Part shown: positions 1 to 12,158 of the stretch, in pieces
Position numbering within the stretch: position 1 is the stretch's first letter
How the letters are laid out: each line of letters opens with the position of its first letter
DNA from: Gekko japonicus
Taxonomy: Eukaryota
DNA: 64,000 bases
Assembly: GCF_001447785.1 (NCBI RefSeq)
Contig: NW_015174273.1
Location: forward strand, 2,081,204-2,145,203
Reading direction: 5' to 3'
Notes under the pieces: generated by a model
What the model was told of the DNA's origin: nothing
The model's database searches: none
The model's input: the letters and a program-made list of their open reading frames with translations, nothing else
Position numbers and translations under genes: made by a program

Positions 1-263
1 TGGAAGGCAAGCAGTGGCATGTTGGAAGGGGGGTTGAGAGGGGGGGAGTAACAGAGTGCTCAGAAAGGGGCACTGGGGAGCAGTGGTGGTACTGGGGAAG
101 GGAATCTGATAAGGGGACTGGTAGAAGTATGGCATACTGGCATTGTATGGTCTGGTGGGCTTTTTCCCAATTAGCAGGTCTCAAGTTGTGCAGGCTGACT
201 TGAACAGAGCTATTTATAAGCAAGAAAGGTAGTACTCAATGACAAAAGTGAATTAGAACAGTA

Positions 264-430
264 GGGTGGATCCAACCATGTTCCAAGGAGTCTTCCTCCA
301 ACCAAAGGAGACTTCCTCTCACAAGTTCCTCCAGTGGAAAAACCACTTTAGCTGGATGAAGTTTCCTTAGGTTGGAGGGAGGCATAAAATTTTGCTCTGT
401 GAAGTGGGAGGATGGAGTAGGACCCACCCC
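264..430. mobile_element. Old MITE with GGGTGGATCC-type terminal inverted repeats
   Basis: gggtggatcc at 264 and ggacccaccc ending ~429. Similar termini recur at ~5645, ~11217 and ~39735. Confidence 0.45.
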
Positions 431-1359
431 AGTAATGGTTTTTGTAGAAGTCAAAGCAGTTGGCAAAAAACCAAAAGAAGAAGAAGAAGAGATTGGAAAA
501 CCCCCAGAAGAGATTCTGAATGCAAAATAAAGTTCTAAAAGGGAGTGGATCTCCAGAGCACAAGATAACTAGCCCAAACAGAGAAGAAAAAAAGAATTCT
601 TCTCCTAAAGAAGAAACTGACAGAGGGAGATTTGTTCACAACTAGAGACTCCATTAGCACTCATGAGGTTTTTTTTTTAGTTGATCTGGTATACTAATAA
701 TTTCCTCAAGTCACCTCTGTTACTTGAAAAAGGCAAAGCGAGAGTGAGAAAGTGATTTCTGCTGCAAGGAATGTGACTAATTAGCAGCACACAAGTAGAG
801 TTGGCTCTTACAGGGCTGAGCAAGGCAAGTTCCAGAAACAATGCACTCTGAACCAACATATGAAGACTGCATTATTATTAGAATGTGGCCAATGGGAATC
901 TCTGTTACACCACACCACTGGAGTTATTCTTATGGCTCTCCCAAGGATCAAGGGCCTCATCTGAGAGGGGATAACAAAAGATGAAGCAAAGAAGAGAGGA
1001 TTGGTTAAAAGAATACCAAAAATATCAGATGAAAGGGTTTTGCTTTTTTAAAAAAGTAATTTTTAAAAAATTTGACATAATGGGCAGTTTTTAAAAATTG
1101 GGGGGAAAATCACTATTTCTTGCATTTCTTGTACATCCAGAGAGCAAATGCAAAACAAGCTTCATATCAAAGTTTTGTTCTTTGGCAAAAATCAGGATCC
1201 TGGATAGCTGAAATGGCTATGATTTTGCAAGAAGTATATTTCTGCCTTACATATAAACATTGCCATGGTTAGTAAAAGCAAAAATAAAGTACAGATTACA
1301 ATGTTAAATTGTAAAGTCTATTAAGAACACAGGAATATATGGCCGCATTGACTTACACT

Positions 1360-2570
1360 GTGTACCTCAGCAAAGATTCTGGAGTAAAGTTAGCAGTCAT
1401 GGGATAAGAGGATTGGTTCTCTTACAGATTAAATACTCAAATGACAGAAAGCAAAGAGTAGGAATCAATGGACAGTACTCACAGTGGATGGATATAAGCA
1501 GTGGGCGCCCACAAGGATCAGTAGTGGGGCCAGTACTATTTAATTTATTCATAAATGATCTAGAACTAGAGGTGAGTAACGTAGAGGCCAAGTTTGCAGA
1601 TGACACTACATTGGCCCCGGTCACACGGCAAAGTTGCTGCGGGAGAGGCACAGAAGGTGGGTGGATTATCCGGGCGCGATCACACCCCAACGTCTGGGAA
1701 GTGCAGCGTACCCGTGGCTTACCACCAACAATGCAAATTTAAAAACTAATACATCCAATAGGATAAAAGGGTTTAAACTTGCTGAGATTGAGAGGGGAAA
1801 AGATCTTATAGTTGTAGTGGACAGCGCGATGAAAGTGTCAACCCAGTGTGCTGCAGCACTGAAAAAGGCAAACTCTATGTCAGGGATTATTACGAAAGCA
1901 ATTGAGAATAAAACGGCTACTATTGTCACGCCCCCACATAGATTGATGGTGTGGCCTCATTTGGAATACTGTGTACAGTTCTGGTCCGTGTATCCTGATT
2001 GCAGAGCTGGAAACAGTACAGAGGAGGGCAACCAAGATGATTAGGGGGGTTGGAGCACCTTCTGTATGAGGAAAGGCAGACGAGTCTGGGACTTTTCAGT
2101 TTAGAAAAGAGATGACCCGGGGGAGGGGGGGGATGCGGCACGATAGAGGTTTATAAAATTATGCATGGGGTGGAGAGAGTTGACAAAGGGAAATTTTTCT
2201 ACCTCTCCTAAAATACTAGAACTCGAGGGCATCCAATGATACTGATGGGCAGTAGATTCCGGACGGACAAAAGGAAATACTACTTAAAACAGAGAGTGAT
2301 TAAAATGTGGAGTTCCCTGCCAGAGGATGTAGTGACGGCCACTGGAACAAAAAGCTTTAAAAGGGGATTAGATAGATTCATGGAGGATGTTTATTGATGG
2401 CTGAATGGGGGGGGGGAACCTCCCCATTCAGAGGCACTAAGCCTCTGAATCCCTGAGCCAGGAGGCAACATCAGGGGAAAGCCTTGGTCTCTATGCCCTG
2501 TTGTTGGCTGTCCAGAGGGAATGGCTGGCCACTGTGTGAGCCATCAGGGCTCTTCTTCTGTTCTTATGTA
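1360..2570 (+). mobile_element. CR1 LINE 3' fragment (RT to 3'UTR), interrupted by a MITE
   Basis: Translations KQRVGINGQYSQW..SGRPQGSVVGPVLFNLFINDLE..KFADDT and PHLEYCVQFW are CR1 ORF2 motifs. Ends with a CR1-type TTCTTCTGTTCTTATGT 3' terminus. Confidence 0.9.
1613..1750 (+). mobile_element. Left half of GC-rich GGCCC-TIR MITE inserted in CR1
   Basis: ggccccggtcacacg...cgggcgcgatcacaccccaacgtctgggaa parallels the element at 32483 (ggccctgttcatacg...cgggcgtgatcccacggcaacatctgggaa). Confidence 0.65.
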
Positions 2571-3314
2571 ATCTGCCTCCAGTCTCAGTGGGGAAGGCAG
2601 ACTATAAATAATGTAAATAAATGAACTAAAAATTTTTTCCCTAAGGACATAAGAGACGCCAATGTTGGATCAGGCCAAAGGCCCATCCAGTCCAACACTC
2701 TGTGTCACACAGTGGCCAGAAATACCAGTGCCATCAGGAGGTCCAGCAGTGGGGCCAGGACATTAGAAGCCCTCCCACTGTTAACCCCCGCCCCCAAGCA
2801 CCAAGAAGACAGAGCATCACTTGCCCCAGAGCCCCTAGCTATACCTTGTGGCTAATAGCCACTGATGGACCTCTGCTCCATATGCTTATCTAATTCCCTT
2901 TTGAAGCCATCCATGCTTGTAGCACCCACCAAGGACGGACAAAAGGAAATACTACTTAAAACAGAGAGTGATTAAAATGTGGAGTTCCCTGCCAGAGGAT
3001 GTAGTGACGGCCACTGGAATAAAAAGCTTTAAAAGGGGATTAGATAGATTCATGGAGGATGTTTATTGATGGCTGAATGGGGGGGGGAACCTCCCCATTC
3101 AGAGGCACTAAGCCTCTGAATCCCAGAGCCAGGAGGCAACATCAGGGGAAAGCCTTGGTCTCTATGCCCTGTTGTTGGCTGTCCAGAGGTAATGGCTGGC
3201 CACTGTGTGATCCATCAGGGCTCTTCTTCTGTTCTTATGTAATCTGCCTCCAGTCTCAGTGGGGAAGGCAAACTATAAATAATGTAAATAAATGAACTAA
3301 AAAAAATTTCCCTA
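2261..3314 (+). repeat. ~383-bp direct duplication (2261-2643 and 2933-3314)
   Basis: Both copies run from ggacggacaaaaggaaatac to aatgaactaaaaa..ttcccta and differ at only a handful of positions. Confidence 0.95.
2644..2932 (-). mobile_element. 5'-truncated CR1 3' end (antisense), between the duplicated copies
   Basis: Reverse complement ends ...gtgttggactggatgggcctttggcctgatccaacattggcgtctcttatgtcct, the same subfamily as 50336-50455. Confidence 0.8.
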
Positions 3315-3604
3315 GAAACTAACTGGGGGGAAAATGCTTTGCGGGGAACTGAATCCAGAGAACAGAATGTTTTCTTGAAAAAGTGGTTCCCTATTCTACA
3401 TGGTAAACCTTTTTTGAAACAAGGAGTTGGGCAGGGAGGGGGGCTGTTCAAAGGAGAGAAGTCCCATCGAACACATCAGACTTTTGTATGTGCCTAAAAA
3501 CTTGATATTCCAGAAACCACTTCCTAAATCACGTTAGCTTAAGTCTACACAGGACTCCCATGGCAATCAGTTCAACAGACCTGAGACCATCACTCAGAAG
3601 GTAT

Positions 3605-3767
3605 TGCAACATCTTCGGTTGATCAAGGTATGGGATCTGTAGAAACGCACCTCCTACTGACTTTGATGGACATCTAGGCCCTTCTGCAACATCTTCGGTT
3701 GATCAAGGTATCAAGGGATCTGTAGAAACGCACCTTCTACTGACTTTGATGGACATCTAGGCCCTTC
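3605..3767 (+). repeat. Tandem duplication of an ~80-bp unit
   Basis: tgcaacatcttcggttgatcaagg...ggacatctaggcccttc occurs twice (3605-3684 and 3685-3767, the second with a 3-nt insertion). Confidence 0.95.
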
Positions 3768-6700
3768 TTGATTCCGGTGCTTAAGCATTCCATTAATTAT
3801 GGTTTTGCATTACCCATTCTTGGTTAAAAAAACACAACACACACAGAGAGAAAAGCATTCTGGGAGAGCCTGCTGCGGTCTCATTGCGCGAGAGGGAACA
3901 AAGAGCCGTCACAGCCTGGCAGGGGGAGCCACCACCAGATTTCTGGAACATCAGAATTCAGCAGTCATTATTATCTCTGCTAGAAATATAATAATACAGG
4001 AACCTCTTCCAGCCTCTAATGATTCATTCCAACAGAGAGGAAAAAGCAGAGAATATATTTAAGATATGGTATAGTTAAACAGGAAATAGCAGTGATTACA
4101 GGAACCACAGCAGTATTGTGAACATAATCATTACAGTAATTGAAGTGCCGCTGCAGGTTTGTATGAAAAGCACTATTTCACCCCAACATGATTAGCATTC
4201 ATAAGGCTGGTGCACCTTTGAAGAAAAATTATACGTTAGGGTAAAATACAATATAGATCATTCATATATAGATATATGAACACGTATGAAAATTCTGATA
4301 TGTATTATAAATATGCCATGTAGATGAATGCACAAAATGCTGTGTTGTTTTGCTATTTCAGACAGGTGACATTTAATTTAAAATGGCCAGACATGCGGAA
4401 GGAAAGGGACTATTTCTAGATTGGTGAAATACAAAATATACGGTACTTAAAAGGTAGGCAGGTTCTTCAGAGCAACACAGAGGAGACAATTACTAGGATT
4501 GCCTCTCTCCCAGACTCCAGCACAGAGAAGAATCAATTAGCCCTTGTCAGACTATGACCTTGAAGGATATAGTCCTGAACAGAATGTGCTGAGCTAGATA
4601 GAAAGCAGAGAAGGAAAATGGGATTCTGAAACCGATGAAAAAAGTCCCGTTCAGAAATGACATGACAATCTCAGACTAGGAACTAGGCCAGCACATACCT
4701 AGCTCTGAAGAGATACTAATATGAAGGCACGAATTCTTCTGAGGAATATATGTACTGACTTTAGGCAATACACCTAGTAGGATTATTCTTTATTATTAAT
4801 ATTCTCCCCCTGGTGACATGCACAGTATAAAAGAGGACACGGCACTAGCAAACTTCTTCCTTTCGTTGCTCAGAACTTCTTGGCAGCTATTGTGCAGAAT
4901 CCCCCTGCTGATTCTACAGCTATCTAAAGAGCATAGCAGCTCAGAGCTTCAAAACTTGCCACAGAGTTAGGCTTCTAGTAGCTTATGTTCTCAGGACTGG
5001 GTGAAACCAAAATCATTGGCAAAGTCTTCTCCTCTTAAGTCAATACCTGTATGCAATTCAGATTTGCTGGTCATCCCCCCCTCCCATTCCCTGAGCATGA
5101 ACAGGACAGAATGCAGATCATTAAAAATTTGCTGGTAGCGACCCAAAGGCCATTTTCTTTTCCTTTTACAAACCCACTGGGTGGGTTGCACAGGTGGTCA
5201 TGTTATGAGCAGATTCTACTTTGTGACAATTTCAAATGATCAAATAAAGACTGTTTCAAAGAATCTCAACAGCTCTTCCTTTGCCACTTCCTCTCCCAAG
5301 AAACAGAACCTTTTGCAGATATTGTTTGCCAGCTGCAGAAGGATAGCAAGCAACCATGCTTTTAAAATGGCACTGATACCACTTTTAAATAAAAAAGAAG
5401 AAACTCCTTCACTAAATGAAAAAGAAATCATAGTTACTATCAACTGTACACAACTAAGTAAGTCAGTGGCAATTTCCTGTTTAACCAACAATCAGTCCTT
5501 TATTTGACAGAGTATTAACTATAGGTAAACTATGAATAATCCAACATTTCACAATGTATTCCAAAAGCAAATGACACCTGAAGAACTGCGAGATTCTTTT
5601 TGAATCCCCTTTCAGTATGACTCATATTGGAACTATCAGAATAACTGGGTTAGATCCACAGCTGCCGCAGTGACTTGGATGAAAGTGGGTGTAGCTGCAC
5701 TGATCGCAATGGAGGCTTCTCATTTATACAGCCATAGTCAGCTGGGCACATTGAGCCTGCAATCTTAAATATGCTGAATGGGCAGTAAGACCCACTGAAC
5801 TAAGTGGGACTTGCTCGCTTCTGAGTAAAGATGCAGATTCTGCGAGTGGCATGTCTGCTAAATCCCGATAACTAACGAGGAGCCAGATCTTGGTCCATTT
5901 GACATTTATCTACTCCATATGAATAAAATAAGGTCAGATACATAATGCTGCCATATTTTGTCCAGGAAAATGGGGAGTGGGGAGAGAACACAGCAGTCTT
6001 GTTACAACTAAGTAAACAAATCAAGGAAGTAGCTTGCTTTAGGCTTCAGCCACTGCAGATCTCTGTTACAAATTATGGGCCTGCTTTCCAAACACGCCCC
6101 CTTTGCCTGTATCAGAGCAGCTCTTAGACTGTCAACCAGAGCTGCATTGTTTCAACACAAGCTTTTTAAAATATTGGCAATTTCATTATATTTTGTCTTA
6201 AACAATTTGGATAACATTAAGGAACAGTTGTTCAATCTAAATAGCAAGCAATTTTGGTAGGGCTTTCTTATGCCTGATATTCTATATTGAGGTGTTTTGT
6301 TAAAGTTGATGAGATGGTAACATTTTGTAGGGATCTTGTTTGAGGGCTAAAAAGGAAATGTGACTCTATCATTTAAAGCTAAAACTACCAGTCTGGGCTG
6401 ACTTGTGGGATTTGGGATTAAGTCAATAGATGGCGGAGATAATTTAAATTAATTTGATGAATATTTTCATTTTTAACTGGATATTTTTTGTTCCCTGCTC
6501 TGAGTTCTTGGAATAGAGAAGTCTATAAATCTGAATTCTGTTATTCCTCCAGTGTGTCCAGAGATTAATTTATTACAACCAGATTTCTGGAACTCTAATT
6601 GATACAGAAGCCACATTCTCCAAGTAAATATGACTCCTGATCCCACAGATGTTGAACCTGTCTGTGGTTAGTCCATGGTGTGGGGAATGCCCTCTGCATA

Positions 6701-7389
6701 TGATCTGCAGCTCCCTTATCATCACATATTTCATAAAGGAATTACATTCCTGTTCCATGACAAGCTCTTGCCTGGTTTTAGTTCTAAATACTGCATTAGA
6801 AGAGACTCTGGGTGAACTTCTTACAACAACTTTTACCAGCACAGATTAGACTAGGGTAATTAAGCAAAGAAAGATAAGTGTTTAGAATTACTGCCAAATT
6901 ACTGCACCACTGCATTAATTTAACAGGGGGGGGAGATGGGGGGGTTGTGGTGATTTGTCAGGAATACAAAACACTCCAAGCTGGGAGACAGAAATCAATT
7001 ACAGGCTGGGCAAAGGGATGAGAAGCAAAAAAGGGAAACAATGCAGCTTTGCAGAAAATTAGTTAATAAAATGACCTGCTGAATTGTTTGTGTTTAATTG
7101 CATGATAAACATCTAGTAACCATCTTATTATTGTTATAATACTAAGTAACTTGCACACACCCTCCAAGTTTCTTTTTCTGAGCTAGGATAAGGGGACAGG
7201 AAGGTCAGTCAGCCTGAAGTTTCTGTCTAACAGGCAGAGCTGAAACATCTCTCTTCAATGATCAGCAAAAATTATTACTGTCCTCATCGCAGTGCTACTC
7301 ACGTTACTCTTAACATGGATTATGGTAGCATAACTGGCAATAAAGACTGAACTCTTGTACGGGATGGAGGGATACGGACTTACACTTAC

Positions 7390-8023
7390 CAAGTTTTGGT
7401 GAAGCTGTTTGGATATTAGTTTCTGTTTCTTCTGCCAGAGAAGCTGTTGTGGCTCTTTTCAGCTCCGGGTCCAGGCTGAGTGGAGGTAAGGAGGGTGCGA
7501 AGGAGGGTAAGAAATTAGAACCTAAAACACTGTTATGTGGCGATGACTGAGGAGCAGCCTCGGAGGAAACTAGGGACCCTGTCACCTCAACTTCAACTTC
7601 GCTGGTAGGCACGGGGAAGTACGAGGTATGCACCACAGACGGCACCCAGGCAGACAATGCAGTCGGATCCGCGGGAGTGATGGGATCTTGTCCGATCCTG
7701 TCGGGGCCGAGGTGGGTAGGAGAGTCATACTCGAAAATCTTGTCCACAAAGACCCACTTGAGGCCGGCGATGCAGAGGCACAGACTGATCAGGCAAGCCA
7801 AAATGGGGACAATGCAGATTTTCTCAGAGTTCAGACAGCCCTTCAGTTGTTCCGCTTCCAGGCAGATACAGCAAGTAGCAGCCAGGCCTGCTATCCCTTG
7901 CACCCTTGTCTCCTCTCTTTGAGTCTCTGGCACATCCTCCTCAGCAGGGAGCCCCTCGAGGGATGCAGTGGGGCTCAGCTGCATTGAGGGGCTGGGAAAA
8001 GCCTCCAGAGTGGCTTCAGACAT
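7390..8023 (-). CDS. NRG1: NRG1 type III (CRD/SMDF) first coding exon
   Basis: Translation MSEATLEAFPSPS...CCICLEAEQLKGCLNSEKICIVPILACLISLCLCIAGLKWVFVDKIFEYDSPTHL...TETNIQTASPKL is the cysteine-rich N-terminal domain with internal TM segment of type III neuregulin-1. The exon ends at a strong phase-1 donor TTG|gtaagt (intron begins 7389). The ORF-track extension to 7310 is intronic read-through. Confidence 0.97.
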
Positions 8024-8950
8024 ATTTAATCATATATATAGAGATTTTTTTTTTCAGTTGAGCACTCCTTTAGAAGGCCCTAAAACTCTACCCTAGTCCA
8101 TCTTTTTACAAAGCAAGCGAGAGAGCCGGGGGTGGGGAGGGGGAGAGAACAGATCCACAAAAATCTTACAGCATCATAGTACAAAAATCAGAAAAGAGTT
8201 GAAGAGTCTGAATGTGACCCAAATAAAGGAGGGAAGGGGAGGGGGAAAGGGGGGGAACATCCTCTCAAACAATTTAAAAGGAGACACGAAGCATCTCAGA
8301 ATGATTCAGCTTCTTTCCAGCTTCACTTTTAAATAATTTTGTTTATAATCCTTTCGATTATCCTCAAACCGTTCAAATTCTTCGGGGAGCCGAAAGGATG
8401 GGACGCAAATAAACGCTGCAACCTTGAACAAAATTGTCCTAAGTGAACCAACAGCCCAGAGGGAAAGGCTGGCTTCTCACCTTGAGCGTCTGAGGCTGGT
8501 GGCTGCTTAAATGGAGGAGAAAACAGCCGTCATGCAGTAGGAGCAAAAGGAAAACCAGTAAGAAGGGGAGCAGCAGCAGCAGCAGTGGCGGCAGCGGCGG
8601 CAGGAGCAGCAGCAGTGACAGTAGCAACAGCATCCTGTTATGCACAAGCGCCGGCAGAAAGAGGCTGAATCATTACAGAGCAGCAGGTGCCTGTTCCCTG
8701 AGCATCACTGCAAGCAATATCACTGCCGGGAGATCTGAAAGGAAGGGGATGGCAACTCTCTCCTCTCAGTTCTTGCTGTCTCCTGTTTCATGGTCCCTCG
8801 TCAGTACTTTAGTGCCTGCCTCCCTTCCTTCCCTCTGCTCTTCTGATGTACAGATTTCCCTCCTCTCCTTTCTCTCTCTCTCTCCCATCCTCCACCCCAC
8901 CCCTCTTTCCCTTTCTCTCTCTAACATTCTCTTTCTCCCACTGTGTGGTC
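8024..8950 (-). promoter_or_regulatory. NRG1: NRG1 type III 5' leader and proximal promoter region
   Basis: Directly upstream of the type III ATG. It contains a CTG/CCG repeat tract, a block (~8440-8545) that resembles the human SMDF 5'UTR as I recall it, and a GA-rich tract (8750-8940). The TSS cannot be placed from sequence. Confidence 0.65.
8568..8630 (-). repeat. Imperfect CTG/CCG trinucleotide tract in the type III leader
   Basis: Plus strand gagcagcagcagcagcagtggcggcagcggcggcaggagcagcagcagtgacagtagcaacag. Confidence 0.85.
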
Positions 8951-9435
8951 ATGAAAGGATGCCAATCGATCAGAGCAATCTAACAAAGCTGCAATGAGGA
9001 TGAGGGCGGGGAAGGTTGTAGGTGGCAGCCTTATGGGCTGGACCTGATGCGAAGACTGTCGGATATCCGATCCCTCCCAAGGGACGCAGGCCTTTCAGCT
9101 TCAGTTTCTGCCTGCCTGCTACCTACAGATGAAGTTAGCCTTCTTACCATCCTAGAAAAATGCATGCATCAGAACTGCAATTTAAGGATAGTTTGTTTTT
9201 ACAAAGATCCAACTTTGGACAAACTTGTATTTCAGACACAATGTTCTTCTGAGCAATCTATGGTTTTTGGAAACAGTATTTCTAAAACTATACTAATGAT
9301 AATATTGCATTTACTTTTGGTGGGCCTACATGTGCACACACACGTGCACACAACACACACCCTTTGAACCCACTGTTTACACTTTTATCTCTATGCCTAT
9401 ACATGTATGCCTGCCAACTGAGGATACAACTTTAC

Positions 9436-9515
9436 ACATTCGATGAAGTACACTCTGTCCACAAAAGCTTACACCATAATAAATCTGTTCCCCTTTAGAG
9501 TGCCACAAAGACTTT
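9436..9515 (+). mobile_element. Penelope-derived terminal repeat fragment
   Basis: gatgaagt...cacaaaagcttacaccataataaatctgt...tttagagtgccacaaagac, similar to the arms of the 24921-25129 element. Confidence 0.5.
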
Positions 9516-11812
9516 TTATTTTATTGAGGGAGTGCACATTTTAGTAAAACACACATATTACCTGTCATATTTAAAAATAAAATACATGTTTGGTTTCCTA
9601 GGGAAGAATGCTCGAATTTGCCTCTGGTACCAAAAAAGAAATACTGCAGACTGAGTAATGCTTTCTAGTTTGTAATTCAAACTGCTGCATTTTAAGTCTA
9701 ATATTTAAAGAATGAGCAACTTAACAATGTGTGCTAAACTGTAGAAACCTGATTTCTTAAACAGTAAAGGAAACTATGAATTATAAATAGCTAAGTTACA
9801 ACACCATTGGCATGCATAGTTCCTGCACCTTGGACAGTGCTTCCTTTGGGATTATCTGAGGTCATTCAAGGCACCATGGAAAAGGACGGGCATATACACT
9901 CGGAATTCCCTTATTTTGCCTCTGTGATGCTGAGGTAATGGGTCTCTTTGCTGTTTTTTTTTTTGGGGGGGAAGGGGTAGCTCCGGCTGCTCTGATCCTC
10001 ATATGATGAAAATGTATGGTGTCCATCAAAAAATTAACTTACAATACTGCACTGGCCAAAACCTCTAATTGCCATTGGATGTTTATTGGCAAAACAAAAT
10101 AGAAGCAACCCATAATCCAAGAAACCATTCTTTGGTTTATGGTTTGCCTCTGTTTTGGACAGCAGGCTTCATTGTCCATGGCTTCATGTGAAGCCATTTA
10201 CTGTACATGCAATGAGTGTAATAACAAAAACAAGTCTGACCAGGGCACCGTTTTCAGACAGCAGCTTCCGTGATATTTCACATATGTGATCATTCCTCAA
10301 GAGCCCCCATACTTCTGGCTATTAATTTGAAAGGTATAAAAATCCCCCATCAAATGCCCTTAAAATTGCACTGCCATGTTTCAATGTCATCTTGAATATA
10401 TATCTGAGCGGGCTTTGGATCCTTACAATGAATCCAACCCCCCATTTCTTTCACCCCCTCCTTGAGCAAACCATAACAGCACCCCTGAATTTGACTACAG
10501 CATTTTATTTTCACTCCAGATGTGAATAAGAAGTATCCGGACACGGAATTCCATATCTTCCCTTGCTTTCAGAGCACTTCTATTCTTTGCATTCAGTGAA
10601 ATATTCAATTGTGGCTCCCCCTTTTTATTGCTCGGTTTTGGGTATGTATTGCACAAAAGAAAAGCCTGAGTATGGTTAGGGAAAATGTAAGTAACATTTG
10701 CATAAAGAAGATTTATTGGCACTATAGGAGCTCCTTTGGAGATTTCTGCTGTCCAGTGTGTCAATACGTAGCCCCGCAACGTGTTGGGAACCCTTAATCA
10801 GCAACTCCTTGAGACTGAGCACGTCATCAACTTCTTGGGCACTGCTGAGCCTACAAGCTTCAATCAAGAGACGCTGGGGAGGAATTTGGTTAATTTTGAT
10901 AATCCATTCACTCCATCAGCAGCCTCTAACAAAACCACGCAATACAATCCCTTCTGCTCAATGCAAAACACACCTAATGACTAAAGTGGCAGGAAGAATA
11001 ACTATGCAAAAGTTAGGGGATTCCAAAAACCTTTACTGTAGAAATGGAGCCAAAAGGGTCTAAATATGGTGACTTTGCATGGTTTTAAAATGTCTTTATT
11101 ATGATTGTCAACTCTTATACCCCCTCCAAGTACACTACCTTTTAAATCTCCACCTGAAGTAGGAGATGAGGAAGATGAAGACCCTCTCCCTCCCTCCCTC
11201 CACACCTGATCATTCACTGGGTTGGATCCCATCAGCTTTCCCACTCAGTCTCATCCAATCCCCCTCCTTACTGCAGTCACCACATCCCATATGGTGTTCG
11301 TTTATACAGGTCCCAAGATCTCCAGCATGGCCTTTTTGAGGACCCCTCCTCTCCCTTTCACATCAACAGAAAAACTGGTGGCACCCAAACCACCTGCCTC
11401 CCGAGTCTCGAGGTGATGAGCGCTACAAATGCCTGAACTGAACTGCTCCAGAAGGAAGGAAGGGCAAATGACATGAAAGAAGCGAGCAGGGGGAGCCAGC
11501 ACTGCTTCTGTTCCCATTCAAAAATGATAACATCTGGGATAAGAGCTGGGAAATCTCCAGATCTGGGCGCAAATTGTAATTGTAGTAGAAATAATTACAC
11601 TGATCTTCTGAAAAGTTCACAGTTTTAACTATAGTGTTTCCACATCATTATTTTCAAGCAGGTGTATGATAAAGGTCATGCTTCAGCTCCCTCAGAGCCC
11701 TGTGAGATGATTTGTGATTGCGTGTGCAGAAGATGACACAGAAGGTCAGGTTTGCTGCAGGATGCTTCCGATCTGACATAAAACACAGCCCTAATCTTAG
11801 GGATTAATCTCA

Positions 11813-12158
11813 GGAGCTGCGGTGGCTCAAGTGGTTAAGACGCTGAACTGCAGGCTGTGGAAGGTCGGTAGTTCAGCAGTTCGAGACCCGGGTGCCGCAT
11901 GACGGAGTAAGCTCCCGTCTCTAGTTCCAGCTCCTGCCAACCTAGCAGTTCGAAAGCAAGAAATTGCAAGTAGATAAATAGGTACCACTTTGGTGGGAAG
12001 GTAACAGCGTTCCGTGCACCTTGGTGTTTAGTCATGCCGGCCACATGACCACGGAAACGTCTTCGGACAGCGCTGGCTCTTCGGCTTTGAAACGGAGAGG
12101 AGCACCGCAACCATAGAGTCGGATTCGACTGGCTTTCGAGCAAGGGAACCTTTACCTT
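11813..12158 (+). mobile_element. Sauria SINE (Squam1), full length
   Basis: tRNA-like head with A box (TGGCTCAAGTGG) and B box (GTTCGAGAC), BovB-like 3' end (agagtcggattcgactg), ACCTTT tail, and TSD atctcagg (11807-11814 / 12159-12166). Confidence 0.92.

Noticed and set aside
7310-7389. C-terminal 26 aa of the 237-aa ORF (GKCKSVSL...)
   Set aside because: Lies beyond a consensus donor at the position where type III NRG1 splices to the EGF exon, so it is intronic read-through.
10781-10984. Short ORF with two NPF motifs
   Set aside because: Non-ATG start, no splice or retrocopy hallmarks, and no recognisable homology.
11483-11496. CTCF-like motifs (also ~3916 and ~55752)
   Set aside because: Only partial matches to the consensus; not supportable without ChIP or conservation data.
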